Shown here piece after piece: positions 1 to 8,592 of a stretch of DNA of 32,000 nt (position 1 is its first letter; every line of letters starts with the position of its first letter). A model generated the notes under the pieces. It had not been told where the DNA came from and did no database searches. It worked only from the letters and a program-made list of their open reading frames with translations. The stretch is from Coprobacillaceae bacterium (lineage in GTDB: Bacteria; Bacillota_I; Bacilli_A; Erysipelotrichales; Coprobacillaceae): NCBI GenBank assembly GCA_963675915.1, contig OY780959.1, positions 630,001 to 662,000 of the forward strand. Reading direction: 5' to 3'. Made by a program: the position numbers and the translations under genes.

Positions 1-1741
1 GGCCACTTTCACCACGGCTACGGTGATTAGGCCGGAAATCATCTATCGTTCCAATGAAAAGGCGAATGCCATTGCCACCAAGATCACCGATGTCGCCAAA
101 ACCCATCTCACTGACAGCATCCAGTCGCGGTTGATTCAAGTTGCGACCGGCAAGGTTTTTGGCTATCTCAATGACTTGGGAGGGACGCTTGAAAGCGATA
201 AAAATCAATTGTTTCATCTGATTTCTGTCTTGGATGATTCAACTGAATATCTAAGTCAAACTTCCAATCTGATTATTGATCAGATCGACCAGCTTGAGGA
301 CTTGGAAGATAATCTCAACCGTACGTCGACCAATTTGGCGCAAATTGATGCGGCTTTGGGTCAGTTTGCCAAAATTGGCAATGCATCGAATCAATATCTA
401 AGAACAAGCGCGGCACAAAAGAGCTCCCTGGCTAACCGGCTTAACAGCGATATGCTGGAATTTCAAAGTGATCTGACAACCCTGAATCTGGCGGTTGAAA
501 ACTATCATCTGGCCCAAAATTCCGCCCCGGCCAACAATCTTGATGATCAAATAGGTGCCATAACTGTTGCTTCTACCAATTTGATTCAAGATATCTATAA
601 TCTGAATACGGACCTTGATCTTTTCCATCTTTATCAGCCCATCGGGGCACACGACCAAACTGCCAATCAATTTGCCCAGCTTGCAGGCGATCTGACTGCA
701 ATCAATCAGGCCCTGGCTAATCAGGATGGATTGGATCAGGCCGTGATGACAACCCTTGAAGATGCCAATGATCTGGTAACAAGCTATAATCAGACAACCA
801 GACCGCTGACCGACAGTCTGGTCGGGGGTGGGGCGGTATTGCCGTTTGCTAATACGCTTAGCAATACCCGGATGACAAACTCGATGTTGCAGTCTTTAAG
901 TGCCGTTGGATCCAACGGGGTGGCCAATACGATTGCAGATCTGTCAAGTTCCAATCAACTGATTCAAGATTACCAGGACTCGCTTGAAGATATCCAGACC
1001 ACTCTTGATGGTTTTGATGAAGCATCATTTGATAAGGTTGTGAACATCATGAAAACCGATCCTGATACCATCGCCGATTTCCTGGCCAATCCCATCAATG
1101 TGGAAACCGAGGACATTTATGGCGATTATCCTTTCGGGGTGGGACTGACGCCTTTTTATACCGTTTTGTCGATTTGGGTGGGAGTTTTGCTGATGATGGC
1201 TCTGGTGACAACCAAAGTTAAACCTTTACCGGCTACTGGCAAACCCAAATTCTATGTCGGTCATTTAGGCCGAATGGGGCTGATTATCGCCATGTCTTTG
1301 ATTCAAACTACAATTGTTCTATTTGGTGATGTGTTCTTGCTCCAGGTGCCTACCGGAAGCCGGATGCTGTTTTTTGGTGCCGGATATTTCACTTCGCTGA
1401 CTTTCACCATCATCATTTATACGCTGGTTTCGCTTTTTGGCAATGTCGGCAAAGGAATCTGCGTAGTTGTCATGGTCTTCCAGATAGCCGGAAGCGGAGG
1501 GATTTATCCAATCCAAACCAACCCGGAAATATTTGGAGTTTTGCATCCCTTCTGGCCGTTCACTTATGCGATTGACTTGCTTCGTCAGGCAATTGCAATT
1601 CCCAACGGCATCAAGGTTGCGGGGGATTTCAGGATGCTTGGCTGCTTCATGGCAATCTTTATGGTCTTGGGGCTGTTTAAGAAGCTGTTCTACCCGCTGA
1701 CTAACTGGCTTGACAGCGAATTCCATCGAGCCAATCTTTAA
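1..1741 (+). CDS. YhgE/Pip-domain membrane protein, C-terminal part (5' end outside the window)
   Basis: The frame is open from nt 2 to the TAA at 1739-1741; the track starts at an internal GTG at 23. A long Q/N/L/D-rich, coiled-coil-like soluble region is followed by about 5 C-terminal hydrophobic helices (FYTVLSIWVGVLLMMALV, LIIAMSLIQTTIVLFGDVFLL, YFTSLTFTIIIYTLVSLF, ICVVVMVFQIAGSGGIYP, LGCFMAIFMVLGLF). This matches the architecture of YhgE/Pip (phage infection protein-like) proteins. Confidence 0.7.
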   Translation, partial: ATFTTATVIRPEIIYRSNEKANAIATKITDVAKTHLTDSIQSRLIQVATGKVFGYLNDLGGTLESDKNQLFHLISVLDDSTEYLSQTSNLIIDQIDQLEDLEDNLNRTSTNLAQIDAALGQFAKIGNASNQYLRTSAAQKSSLANRLNSDMLEFQSDLTTLNLAVENYHLAQNSAPANNLDDQIGAITVASTNLIQDIYNLNTDLDLFHLYQPIGAHDQTANQFAQLAGDLTAINQALANQDGLDQAVMTTLEDANDLVTSYNQTTRPLTDSLVGGGAVLPFANTLSNTRMTNSMLQSLSAVGSNGVANTIADLSSSNQLIQDYQDSLEDIQTTLDGFDEASFDKVVNIMKTDPDTIADFLANPINVETEDIYGDYPFGVGLTPFYTVLSIWVGVLLMMALVTTKVKPLPATGKPKFYVGHLGRMGLIIAMSLIQTTIVLFGDVFLLQVPTGSRMLFFGAGYFTSLTFTIIIYTLVSLFGNVGKGICVVVMVFQIAGSGGIYPIQTNPEIFGVLHPFWPFTYAIDLLRQAIAIPNGIKVAGDFRMLGCFMAIFMVLGLFKKLFYPLTNWLDSEFHRANL

Positions 1742-1751
1742 AACCACCCAG

Positions 1752-1775
1752 GAAGCCTTCGGGCTTCTTTTATCT
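1752..1775 (+). terminator. Rho-independent terminator after the YhgE/Pip gene
   Basis: GAAGCC-ttcg-GGCTTC hairpin followed by TTTTATCTTTC, 11 nt after the stop codon. Confidence 0.75.
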
Positions 1776-1787
1776 TTCTGTAAACCC

Positions 1788-1828
1788 TTACATTTTTGCT
1801 ATAAATTGTCTATGATTTATGCTAAAAT
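1788..1828 (+). promoter_or_regulatory. Candidate sigma-A promoter(s) for the EF-G2-like gene
   Basis: TTACAT (1788-1793) -N17- TATGAT (1811-1816). An overlapping extended -10, TGcTAAAAT, lies at 1820-1828. The AAAGGAGGA SD lies 8 nt before the ATG at 1860. Confidence 0.45.
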
Positions 1829-1859
1829 GAGGTTATGAACTATAAAGGAGGATTTATAT

Positions 1860-3848
1860 ATGGCTCTTCAAAATATTACAAATGTTGTTGTCCTGGGACA
1901 TAGTGGCAGCGGTAAAACCAGCATAATAGAAAACATGGCTTACCGCAGCAAATTGATTGAAAAACCAGGCAGCGTCCTTAAGGGAACTACCATCTTGGAT
2001 ACCGATCCTTTGGAGATCGAACACCTCTCCTCGAACAGTTTGAAAACACTGGCAATGGAGTGGAACGGGGTCAAGCTGAATGTGTTTGACACACCGGGCT
2101 ATTTCGATTTCGAAGGTGATGTCGAATCGGCCATCAATGTCTGCGAAAACGCTCTGATTGTGACTACGGCCAAAAAAGAGGTCAATGTCGGGCTGAAAAA
2201 GGCGATGAAAAAGGCAGAAAACATGCCTAAGATAATCTATATTTCCCATCTTGATAATGAAAATTATTCTTATAAGGACAAACTTGAACAACTCAAGGCC
2301 ACTTTTGGCAAGGATATCGCACCGATTCAGGTGCCAATCATGGAAAACAATATCATGAAAGGCTATGTCAATGTGGCCAAAATGGAAGGTCGGCTCTTTG
2401 ATGGCGATCATACGGTTGTCACTGATATTCCTGAAGAAATGATGGATGAAGTGATGGAAATCAAGGAAATGATCGATGAGGCAGTGGGAAACACCAGCGA
2501 TGAAATGTTGGAAAAATACTTCTCCGATGACGATTTCACCAAAGAGGAAATCTCGGTTGCTTTGCGTAAAGGGGTCATGGACAAAACCCTGATTCCGGTG
2601 CTTTGTGGAACCGACAAAATCGGAATCACCATCGTCCTTAATTCAATGGTGGCTTTCTTCAAAAGAATCGATGATTATTCGAATCATCTGGTTGTCGGTG
2701 AGGATCTGATTGATTACGACACCACCAAACCGACCAGTCTCTATATCTACAAAACCAAGTACGATGCCTATATGGGTAAATTGTCGTATTTCAAGGTTTT
2801 GGCCGGAGTGGTCAAACCGGGTCAGGTCCTGGTCAACCATATCGACCAGTCGGAAGAAAAAGTGAATAAGATCTATGTCTATAAAGGAAAAGGTCTAGAA
2901 GAGGTGAAGGAAATTGTTGCCGGGGACGTTGGAATTTTAAACAAGATGCGCTCGGATACCAATGACACTCTTTCACAAGGGGACAAATTCGTCGATCATC
3001 CCAAAATTGTCTATCGGGCTCCCAACTACCTTAAAGGGGTCAAAACCCTGTCGCATGAAGACAAGTTCAATGAAGCAATCACCAAATTGCTTGAAGAAGA
3101 TCTGACGCTCAATTTTGAATATAACAAGGAAACCTCCCAGTTATGTCTTTCAGGACTGGGGCAAGTCCATCTTGATACCGTTAAACAGCATCTGCTCGAC
3201 CGCTTCAAAGTCGAAGTGGAATTCGAAGATTTGATCATCCCGTATCGCAGTTCGATCGACGGGACTAAAATCCAGCGGGAACGTTTTAAAAAACAATCAG
3301 GTGGTCATGGTCAGTTTGCCGAAGTGGAAATTGAATTTTCACCAAGTCGGGATTTCGATAATTCGATCCAGTTCGACCAGAAAGTATTCGGTGGGGCGAT
3401 TCCAAAGACTTATTTCTCCGCAGTTGAAAAAGGGGTCAATGAAGCCTGTATCAAAGGACCAATAGAAGATTACCTGTTGGTTGGAGTAAGGGCTACTTTG
3501 CTTGATGGGAAATATCATAACGTTGATTCCAGTGAGATGGCGTTTAAAACGGCCAGCTACAACTGTCTCAAATCGGCGCTGCCTGACTTGAAACCTTATG
3601 TGATCGAACCATATTACCGAATGAAAGTTTATGTTGAAGAACATTATCTAGGTGATGTGATGTCCGATTTGCAAGGTCGTCAGGCGATAATCGAAGCTAC
3701 AGATTCGCTGGATGGCAGCCTCATTTTAATCGATGCTGTGGCTCCGCTAAGAAACATTTGCGACTATGCAATCGACCTCAAAACAATTACGCAAGCCGAA
3801 GGATTTTTCACTATCGATTACCTTGAATACCGACGTTTAATAAAATAG
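1860..3848 (+). CDS. EF-G2-type elongation factor G paralog (translational GTPase family), with divergent G4/G5 motifs
   Basis: P-loop GHSGSGKT (res 13-20), G3 DTPGYFDF (res 77-84), then an EF-G-like domain II-V layout over 662 aa. The N-terminus is collinear with EF-G2-type proteins (GHxGSGKT...GTTxxD...DxPGYxDF) rather than canonical FusA (AHIDAGKT) or TetM. Confidence 0.75.
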   Translation: MALQNITNVVVLGHSGSGKTSIIENMAYRSKLIEKPGSVLKGTTILDTDPLEIEHLSSNSLKTLAMEWNGVKLNVFDTPGYFDFEGDVESAINVCENALIVTTAKKEVNVGLKKAMKKAENMPKIIYISHLDNENYSYKDKLEQLKATFGKDIAPIQVPIMENNIMKGYVNVAKMEGRLFDGDHTVVTDIPEEMMDEVMEIKEMIDEAVGNTSDEMLEKYFSDDDFTKEEISVALRKGVMDKTLIPVLCGTDKIGITIVLNSMVAFFKRIDDYSNHLVVGEDLIDYDTTKPTSLYIYKTKYDAYMGKLSYFKVLAGVVKPGQVLVNHIDQSEEKVNKIYVYKGKGLEEVKEIVAGDVGILNKMRSDTNDTLSQGDKFVDHPKIVYRAPNYLKGVKTLSHEDKFNEAITKLLEEDLTLNFEYNKETSQLCLSGLGQVHLDTVKQHLLDRFKVEVEFEDLIIPYRSSIDGTKIQRERFKKQSGGHGQFAEVEIEFSPSRDFDNSIQFDQKVFGGAIPKTYFSAVEKGVNEACIKGPIEDYLLVGVRATLLDGKYHNVDSSEMAFKTASYNCLKSALPDLKPYVIEPYYRMKVYVEEHYLGDVMSDLQGRQAIIEATDSLDGSLILIDAVAPLRNICDYAIDLKTITQAEGFFTIDYLEYRRLIK

Positions 3849-3877
3849 TTGAAAAATATTGGTTAATTTGATAATAT
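3849..3877 (+). promoter_or_regulatory. Candidate sigma-A promoter of the dap operon
   Basis: TTGAAA (3849-3854) -N17- TAATAT (3872-3877), immediately after the upstream stop. No terminator hairpin lies in between. The GGAGGAAG SD lies upstream of the ATG at 3903. Confidence 0.55.
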
Positions 3878-3902
3878 TTATTCACTGGAGGAAGAAAATT
3901 TT

Positions 3903-4739
3903 ATGCAAGTCAAATTTACTAAAATGGAAGGCATTGGAAATGACTACATCTACATCGATGGAATCAACCAAGACTTCGAAATAAACCCTAACATTGTTAA
4001 AAAAATCTCCAAAAGACATTTTGGTATTGGTAGTGACGGGGTGATTATTGTTCGACCTTCAAATGATTGCGATTTCAAAATGGAAATGTACAACGCTGAT
4101 GGTTCCCTTGGCAAAATGTGTGGTAATGGAATCCGGTGTTTTTCGAAATTTTGTTATGATCATAAATTAACCGACAAAACCAGTCTGGTAATTGAAACTG
4201 ATGCGGGGATCCGGCCTGTCGATTTGATTCTTGATGATGATTTTGTCATCGGGGCCAAAGTTGACATGCAAGAACCGGTGTTGACCTGTTCGAAAATCCC
4301 AGTTGTCTGCGACAATGAAGAGATGATTGATGAACATGTCCAAATTGGCGACAATGTCTATGGATTGACGGCAATTTCGATGGGAAATCCCCATGTTGTT
4401 ACCTTTGTGGGAACTTTGGATTTCGATCTGGAAAAAATCGGACCGGAATTTGAAAACCACCCGATGTTCCCGGAATCAGTCAACGCAGAATTTGTTCAGG
4501 TTATTGCCCGTGACAAACTCAAAATGCGGGTATGGGAAAGAGGAAGCCACGAAACCCTCGCTTGTGGTACTGGAGCCTGTGCGGTGATGTATGCCGGATA
4601 TCTCAATGGGTACTGCGACGAAGTTGTTGACGTGGAACTGCTGGGGGGCACTCTGAGAATCGAATATGATTCTTCAAACGGTCATATCTATATGACTGGT
4701 GATGCAACTACAGTATTTGAAGGCGTAATTGAAATTTAG
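3903..4739 (+). CDS. dapF: Diaminopimelate epimerase
   Basis: MQVKFTKMEGIGNDYIYID N-terminus. Both catalytic Cys motifs are present (MCGNGIRCF and ETLACGTGACA), as is SMGNPH. Length 278 aa. Confidence 0.93.
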   Translation: MQVKFTKMEGIGNDYIYIDGINQDFEINPNIVKKISKRHFGIGSDGVIIVRPSNDCDFKMEMYNADGSLGKMCGNGIRCFSKFCYDHKLTDKTSLVIETDAGIRPVDLILDDDFVIGAKVDMQEPVLTCSKIPVVCDNEEMIDEHVQIGDNVYGLTAISMGNPHVVTFVGTLDFDLEKIGPEFENHPMFPESVNAEFVQVIARDKLKMRVWERGSHETLACGTGACAVMYAGYLNGYCDEVVDVELLGGTLRIEYDSSNGHIYMTGDATTVFEGVIEI

Positions 4740-4750
4740 GAGGATGAGTA

Positions 4751-5452
4751 ATGAATAGCGCAGAAGAAATAATCAAGTATATCGGTGATGCAACAAAAAC
4801 GACACCGGTAAAGGTTTATGTTAATGGAAAAGATTTGCCGAAAGCAGACAATATCAAAGTATTCGGATCTAAAAAAAGCCGCATTTTGATCGGTGATTTG
4901 AAATTGGTTGAAGAATACTTGGAAGCAAATAAAGATTTAGTTGAAGATGTGCACTTTGAATATGACCGTCGTAATTCGGCGATTCCATTATTGGACACGC
5001 GCAAAATCAATGCTCGTATCGAACCAGGTGCGTTCATTCGTGAAAAAGTAACTATTGGTGACAACGCAGTTATCATGCTTGGTGCTGTCATCAATATCGG
5101 AGCTGTCATCGGTGAAGGTACGATGATTGATATGGGAGCTGTCCTTGGTGGACGTGCTACAGTTGGTAAAAACTGTCATATCGGAGCTGGAGCAGTGTTG
5201 GCTGGAGTTATTGAACCCCCAAGTGCTTCACCGGTAGTAGTTGAAGACGACGTTGTCATCGGAGCTAATGCAGTTGTTATCGAAGGCGTAAGAATCGGTA
5301 AAGGTGCCGTTGTCGGTGCCGGAACAATTGTTACTAAAGATGTGCCTGCTGGTGCCGTTGTAGTCGGAAACCCTGCGCGAATCATGAAAGAACAAAAAGA
5401 TGCCACAACAGAAGAAAAAACTCAATTAATGGATGAATTAAGGAAATTATAA
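4751..5452 (+). CDS. dapH: Tetrahydrodipicolinate N-acetyltransferase (acetylase branch of the DAP/lysine pathway)
   Basis: Near-collinear by eye with B. subtilis DapH/YkuQ (TPVKVYV..., [21 protein letters not shown], hexapeptide repeats [58 protein letters not shown]). Confidence 0.93.
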   Translation: MNSAEEIIKYIGDATKTTPVKVYVNGKDLPKADNIKVFGSKKSRILIGDLKLVEEYLEANKDLVEDVHFEYDRRNSAIPLLDTRKINARIEPGAFIREKVTIGDNAVIMLGAVINIGAVIGEGTMIDMGAVLGGRATVGKNCHIGAGAVLAGVIEPPSASPVVVEDDVVIGANAVVIEGVRIGKGAVVGAGTIVTKDVPAGAVVVGNPARIMKEQKDATTEEKTQLMDELRKL

Positions 5453-6585
5453 TGACATTGATTGATCAAGTTAAAACTTGGCGAGGTGACCTGCACAAGA
5501 TTCCTGAAGAGGGTCTTCGTGAATATAAAACAGCGGCTTATCTAAAAGAACAGCTGGAAAACATGGGTTACAACACAATCCCGGTATTGGATACCGGGAT
5601 ACTCGTTTATATCGACAATGATGCTGATGCAACGCTCGCTTTTAGAAGCGATATCGATGCATTGGCAATTGAAGAAGACGAGAGTCATGAACTGCATTCT
5701 ACTCATAAAGGGATGATGCACGCTTGCGGTCATGACGGGCATATGAGTGCTCTATTGGGATTGGCATCTCTTATCAAGGAAAAACAACTGAAATCCAAAT
5801 ACAATCTGCTGTTGATCTTTCAGCCGGCTGAAGAGTCGCCTGGAGGGGCAAGATTAATCGTCGAAGCAGGAGTTTTGGAGCAGTATAATGTAAAAGCTAT
5901 TTTTGGAATGCATCTGATGCCTTCGATAGCTCAAGGTACAGTAGCCTGTAAATCAGGGCCGTTGATGGCTCAGGCCGGTGAATTGGATGTATTGATTAAA
6001 GGAAAATCATCCCATGCCGGTTTGCCTCATCAAGGAATAGACAGTATCAATATAGCTTGCAACCTGGCGACTTTGTATCAGCAGGTTTTAGCCCGGCAAT
6101 TGCCGCCATTTGAACCATGTGTTTTGAATATCGGAAAAATAGTCGGCGGAACTGTGCGCAATATCGTTGCCAGTGAAACCAAATTGGAAGGAACGCTGCG
6201 GGCGTTCAATTCGGATGTTTTCGAGAAAGTTCGGGATACGATTTTCGAATTGAACGATTCGTTCGAGAAAACCTACGGTTGTGAGATTGTAACCACGCTT
6301 AGTGAAGGATATCCACCGGTAATCAATGATGACAAGCTTTATCAACAGTTCAAACAGCTTGCCGGAAACGATTATCTGGAGTTAAAGGAACCGATGATGC
6401 TGGCTGAGGATTATTCATTCTATCAAACCAAAGTTCCGGGAATCTTTTTCTTCCTGGGAACCAGAACCGAAGAGCTTAACTCGAACTTACATACCTCGAC
6501 TTTTGATTTCAATGAAGAGGTATTGCTTAACGCGATAGAATTATATCAGAATATAGTAACGAAGATAGATTTGGAGGAGTTATAG
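5452..6585 (+). CDS. dapL: N-acetyldiaminopimelate deacetylase (M20 amidohydrolase family)
   Basis: M20/M40 amidohydrolase motifs are present (HACGHDGH, FQPAEE). The gene sits directly after dapH with a 1-nt TAATG overlap, the same pairing as B. subtilis ykuQ-ykuR. Length 377 aa. Confidence 0.8.
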   Translation: MTLIDQVKTWRGDLHKIPEEGLREYKTAAYLKEQLENMGYNTIPVLDTGILVYIDNDADATLAFRSDIDALAIEEDESHELHSTHKGMMHACGHDGHMSALLGLASLIKEKQLKSKYNLLLIFQPAEESPGGARLIVEAGVLEQYNVKAIFGMHLMPSIAQGTVACKSGPLMAQAGELDVLIKGKSSHAGLPHQGIDSINIACNLATLYQQVLARQLPPFEPCVLNIGKIVGGTVRNIVASETKLEGTLRAFNSDVFEKVRDTIFELNDSFEKTYGCEIVTTLSEGYPPVINDDKLYQQFKQLAGNDYLELKEPMMLAEDYSFYQTKVPGIFFFLGTRTEELNSNLHTSTFDFNEEVLLNAIELYQNIVTKIDLEEL

Positions 6586-6587
6586 AA

Positions 6588-7772
6588 ATGGGATACTATC
6601 AAAGAGGATTAGATGCTTTTATTGAAGCATACGGACGTATTGACATTACATTTGATCATGGTGAAGGTGTTTATCTTTTTGACGTCAAAGGAAACAAATA
6701 CCTGGACTTCTATTCAGGGATCGGAGTTAATTCATTCGGTCATAATTATCCAAAATACACGGATGCACTTTGCAAACAAGTTCACCGTGTGATGCATATT
6801 TCAAATTATTTTAACACAGTTGAGGGAATCAAAGCGGCGGAATTGGTTAATGAAGCAACCGGTCTTAACCGTACATTCTTCACTAACTCAGGAACTGAGG
6901 CGGTTGAAGGGGCCTTGAAACTGGCGCGTAAATATTATTACTTGAAAACCGGTAAAGATGATTCACAAATCATTTCATTGCACCATTCATTCCACGGTCG
7001 TTCAACCGGAGCAGTGACATTGACTGGAAACCCTGGTTATCACAAAGGATTCGGTCCTTTGATCAGCGGTGTTGCTTATGGGACAATCAATGATCTCAAA
7101 TCGGTGAAAACCCTGGTTAATGAAAGAACTGCGGCAATCATCGTGGAACCGGTTCAAGGTGAAGGTGGAATCCACGTTTGTACCAAAGAATTCCTCGAAG
7201 GATTGCGCAAAATCTGCGATGAAAACGACATTTGCCTGATTTTCGATGAGGTTCAATGTGGGATGGGTCGTACCGGGACCATCATGACTTATAAAAGATT
7301 CGGGGTTAATCCGGATATCTTGACTTTGGCTAAAGGGATTGGTGCAGGTATCCCAATCGGGGCTTTCGTTGCCAATGAAAAAGTCGGTTCAGCAATGAAA
7401 CCGGGCGACCATGGTTCAACTTACGGAGGAAATCCGCTGGCGGCAACAGCTTGTATCACCGTGATGCAAATCCTTGAAGAAGACAAAATTCTTGAAAACG
7501 TCAATGAGGTTTCTGAGTATTTGTTTGGAAAACTCCATGAACTTGAAGAAAAATATGATTGTGTCAAGGAAGTCCGTGGTTTGGGTCTGATGATTGGAAT
7601 CGAGCTGACCAGCGAAGCGAAACCAGTTATGAAAGAATTGCTTGAAAATAATGTTATCGTGGTTACGGCAGGAATCAATACTGTCAGATTGTTACCACCA
7701 CTTATCATCACTAAAGAAAATGTTGATGAATTCATCACAGTTTTCGATAAAGTTCTCGCAAATATCAAATAA
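6588..7772 (+). CDS. Class-III PLP aminotransferase (ArgD / acetylornithine aminotransferase-like); candidate N-acetyl-LL-DAP aminotransferase
   Basis: Motifs GIGVNSFGH, FTNSGTEAVEGALKLARKY, EPVQGEGG, IFDEVQCGMGRTG, the PLP-lysine motif LTLAKGIGAGIPIGA, and GSTYGGNPLA. It is the last gene of the dap operon and is followed by a terminator. Confidence 0.85.
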   Translation: MGYYQRGLDAFIEAYGRIDITFDHGEGVYLFDVKGNKYLDFYSGIGVNSFGHNYPKYTDALCKQVHRVMHISNYFNTVEGIKAAELVNEATGLNRTFFTNSGTEAVEGALKLARKYYYLKTGKDDSQIISLHHSFHGRSTGAVTLTGNPGYHKGFGPLISGVAYGTINDLKSVKTLVNERTAAIIVEPVQGEGGIHVCTKEFLEGLRKICDENDICLIFDEVQCGMGRTGTIMTYKRFGVNPDILTLAKGIGAGIPIGAFVANEKVGSAMKPGDHGSTYGGNPLAATACITVMQILEEDKILENVNEVSEYLFGKLHELEEKYDCVKEVRGLGLMIGIELTSEAKPVMKELLENNVIVVTAGINTVRLLPPLIITKENVDEFITVFDKVLANIK

Positions 7773-7793
7773 GACAGATAATCTGAGCATTAG

Positions 7794-7825
7794 GGAATAC
7801 AATGAAGATTGTATTCCTTTTCTTT
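7794..7825 (+). terminator. Rho-independent terminator of the dap operon
   Basis: GGAATACAAT-gaag-ATTGTATTCC (10-bp perfect stem) followed by TTTTCTTT. Confidence 0.85.
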
Positions 7826-7898
7826 AGAAAATTTTAAGATTTTTGCGCTCTCAAATCACCTGTTTTGATGTATAATTTACTTTAAAGGAGAAAATGAG

Positions 7899-8591
7899 AT
7901 GAAAAATTATAATATTATTATTGTCGAGGATAATGTGGAAATCGCTAATGGAATCAAGATTTACCTGGAGAACAGTAACTACAACGTTTTTTTGGCTCGA
8001 AATGGCGAAGAGGGGCTCAAACTGATCAATGACAATAAAATCCATTTGGGGATCGTGGATATTCTCATGCCGGTGATGGATGGGGTGGAGATGGTTAAAC
8101 AGGTTCGAAAAAACCATAATTTTCCAATTATCATGCTCTCGGCCAAGACCGAAAATGTCGATAAGGTCCATGCCTTGAATATCGGAGCCGATGATTATAT
8201 GACCAAACCATTTGTACCAATGGAACTGATCGCCCGGGTTTCCAGCCATCTGCGCCGCTATGACATGATTCTTTCTTTGACTTCAAAAGATGATGACGTT
8301 TATGCGTTTGAAGGCCTTGAACTGCATACCCGGACTAAAAAAGTTTATCTTGACGGAGATCTTATCAAAGTCACTCCGATCGAATACAAGATTCTCGAAC
8401 TGTTGATGGAGACACCGGGAACCGTCTATTCTGCTTCTCAAATTTATGAGTTTGTCTGGGATGAACCAGCCATCTCTAACGATACGGTCATGGTCCATAT
8501 CCGGAATCTACGCGGCAAGATTGAAGTTGATTCCCGAAATCCCCGCTATTTGAAAGTTGTTTGGGGAATCGGATACAAAATAGGAGACTGA
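7899..8591 (+). CDS. OmpR-family response regulator
   Basis: Receiver domain (IIIVEDN..., phospho-acceptor D in GIVDILMP, SAKT, KPF) plus a winged-helix C-terminus (LTPIEYKILELL..., VWGIGYK). TATAAT lies at 7871-7876 upstream. Confidence 0.92.
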   Translation: MKNYNIIIVEDNVEIANGIKIYLENSNYNVFLARNGEEGLKLINDNKIHLGIVDILMPVMDGVEMVKQVRKNHNFPIIMLSAKTENVDKVHALNIGADDYMTKPFVPMELIARVSSHLRRYDMILSLTSKDDDVYAFEGLELHTRTKKVYLDGDLIKVTPIEYKILELLMETPGTVYSASQIYEFVWDEPAISNDTVMVHIRNLRGKIEVDSRNPRYLKVVWGIGYKIGD

Positions 8592-8592
8592 T

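Noticed and set aside
3849-3902. Possible lysine (L-box) riboswitch ahead of the dap operon
   Set aside because: The leader is only 54 nt and is filled by a promoter and SD, which is far too short for an L-box.
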